A DNA stretch of 26,280 nt from Elusimicrobiota bacterium (GTDB lineage: Bacteria > CG03 > SLGR01 > PWQF01). The notes under the pieces were generated by a model. That model was not told the DNA's origin. It made no database searches and saw nothing but the letters and a program-made list of their open reading frames with translations. The DNA is taken from NCBI GenBank assembly GCA_003558145.1, contig PWMP01000226.1, positions 1 through 26,280 on the forward strand. Reading direction: 5' to 3'. Position numbers and translations under genes: made by a program. Positions within the stretch are counted from its first letter, which is position 1; each line of letters starts with the position of its first letter. Shown in pieces: positions 25,290-26,280 of the stretch.

Positions 25290-25693
25290 CTATTTGAGAA
25301 ATCGCCTCTGCCACCTCGCCCCCGGCCGCCTCCGGCTCCAAAGTGCCCTCCAACGGTTGCCTGCGTTATTTCTTTCAGGACTCCTTTATTAAAAGATTCA
25401 ATGGCCTCCTGTACCGATCCGCCTCCGTGTTGATAAACTTTAATTCCGGCATTTAAAAGTACACTGCTCGCATTGGGACCCAGGTTTCCCGTAATAACCG
25501 CCTCGGGTTTTTGATCCATTACAATTTGCGCAGCACGAATTCCCGCTCCCTGGGAAGCCGAGGCGGCACTGTTTTCAATTACCCGGTACTTTTTCCCTTC
25601 AGTGGCGGCGAAAATAAAATACCGGCTCCTGCCGAACCTGTGATCAACGGAGGCCTCTAAATCTTTTCCTGTTGATGTAAGACATAATTTCAT
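25286..25693 (-). CDS. NifB/NifX-family small protein with a Gly/Arg-rich tail
   Basis: HRFGRSRYF, GAGIRAAQ, VITGNLGPNA, tail HFGAGGGRGRGGRG. Confidence 0.88.
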   Translation of the reverse strand: MKLCLTSTGKDLEASVDHRFGRSRYFIFAATEGKKYRVIENSAASASQGAGIRAAQIVMDQKPEAVITGNLGPNASSVLLNAGIKVYQHGGGSVQEAIESFNKGVLKEITQATVGGHFGAGGGRGRGGRGDFSNR

Positions 25694-25718
25694 ATTCCTT
25701 TGCTCCTTTTAATCAGGT

Positions 25719-25749
25719 CCGGAGACGGAGCTTTAAACTCCGCCTCCGG
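25719..25749. repeat. GC-rich 12 bp intergenic stem-loop without a U-tract
   Basis: Minus strand CCGGAGGCGGAG-TTTAAAG-CTCCGTCTCCGG, with one G-U pair. Confidence 0.8.
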
Positions 25750-25765
25750 TTCAACTGACTGATCA

Positions 25766-26092
25766 TTAACCCTTACCGGATTCCTTTTCCAGCTCTTTGA
25801 GCTTCTCATCAATTTCCTTCAGTCCCTGCTTCAGGAAATCTCGTTCCCTTTTAAGAGTTTCGGGTTCACCTGACGGCTCTTTCCCGGAGGCGCCTCTCAA
25901 CCACCCCGGAAACCCCGTTGCATAATAGCATCTACGCCAGCCGCGGCCGCCGCCTCCTCTGCCGGAGCCGAAAGAACCCCGGCCGGCAGCAGAATTAATA
26001 TATCCGGGGACCGGGTAACCCGCGCAGAATCCGGCGCCTCTTCCTGTCATGGGGCCAAGGCCGTCGGGCCCTGTTCTGTCTCCTTTTGGCAT
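25766..26092 (-). CDS. DUF5320 family protein
   Basis: MPKGDRTGPDGLGPMTGRGAGFCAG, Gly/Arg-rich middle, C-terminal coiled coil. AGGAGG lies 8 nt before the ATG at 26092. Confidence 0.88.
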   Translation of the reverse strand: MPKGDRTGPDGLGPMTGRGAGFCAGYPVPGYINSAAGRGSFGSGRGGGGRGWRRCYYATGFPGWLRGASGKEPSGEPETLKRERDFLKQGLKEIDEKLKELEKESGKG

Positions 26093-26119
26093 TTTAAACA
26101 CCTCCTTTTTTAATGTGAA

Positions 26120-26134
26120 TGATAATTATTATCA
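26120..26134. promoter_or_regulatory. Fur box (perfect 7-1-7 inverted repeat)
   Basis: TGATAAT-T-ATTATCA. Positions 26115-26133 match 16 of 19 bases of GATAATGATAATCATTATC. Confidence 0.88.
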
Positions 26135-26151
26135 CTTACGTATAAAATTTT

Positions 26152-26280
26152 TTATTCCCTGCAATCTCCGCAAACCCCGTAGAAATGAAGCTCGTGCGAA
26201 TCAATGTTAAAATCGTGTTTTTTTGAAAGTTCCTTCTCAAGGTCCTTCATTAATTTAAGCTCCCTATGGATAAACTCCGA
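26152..26280 (-). CDS. fur: Fur-family transcriptional regulator, 3' end only (5'-partial)
   Basis: SEFIHRELKLMKDLEKELSKKHDFNIDSHELHFYGVCGDCRE*, the typical HxLxFYGxCxxC C-terminus. Not in the ORF track. Confidence 0.85.
   Translation of the reverse strand, partial: SEFIHRELKLMKDLEKELSKKHDFNIDSHELHFYGVCGDCRE

Noticed and set aside
23735-25693. Nitrogen fixation genes
   Set aside because: NifX-like domains occur widely outside nif clusters, and no nifH, D, K, E or N is present.
26135-26170. Promoter for the DUF5320 operon
   Set aside because: No -35/-10 pair with acceptable spacing was found. The operon may be read through from the fur gene or use a non-consensus promoter.
1-26280. CRISPR arrays, IS elements, integrases, rRNA or complete tRNA genes
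   Set aside because: I saw no regularly spaced repeats, transposase or integrase motifs, or cloverleaf in the intergenic space.

Overview
Bacterial DNA (sigma70-like TTGACA promoters, AGGAG Shine-Dalgarno sites, Fur and ANTAR regulators), probably from an anaerobe. All but one gene lie on the minus strand. Read in transcription order (right to left) there are four blocks. (1) The 3' end of a Fur-family gene, a perfect 7-1-7 Fur box, and an uncharacterised metal/Fe-S cluster: DUF5320, three NifB/NifX-type proteins, a truncated DUF89 remnant, an MBL hydrolase, two 4Fe-4S MinD-like ATPases, TauE/SafE and DUF364. (2) An AT-rich gap holding a decayed AAA-ATPase start. (3) A GAF-ANTAR regulator, lemA and an M48 peptidase. 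(4) A roughly 16 kb apparent operon gltB-gltD-guaA-purS-purL-purQ-purF-purC ending in an orphan KaiC-like/PEP-dikinase-like protein, convergent with nadE. The most notable signal is the gltB leader: a promoter, ANTAR-type hairpins with A1/G4 loops, and an alternative hairpin that sequesters the Shine-Dalgarno and is mutually exclusive with the last ANTAR hairpin. This suggests an ANTAR switch over an operon with four glutamine amidotransferases. All family calls come from motif recognition by eye; no searches or folding programs were run.
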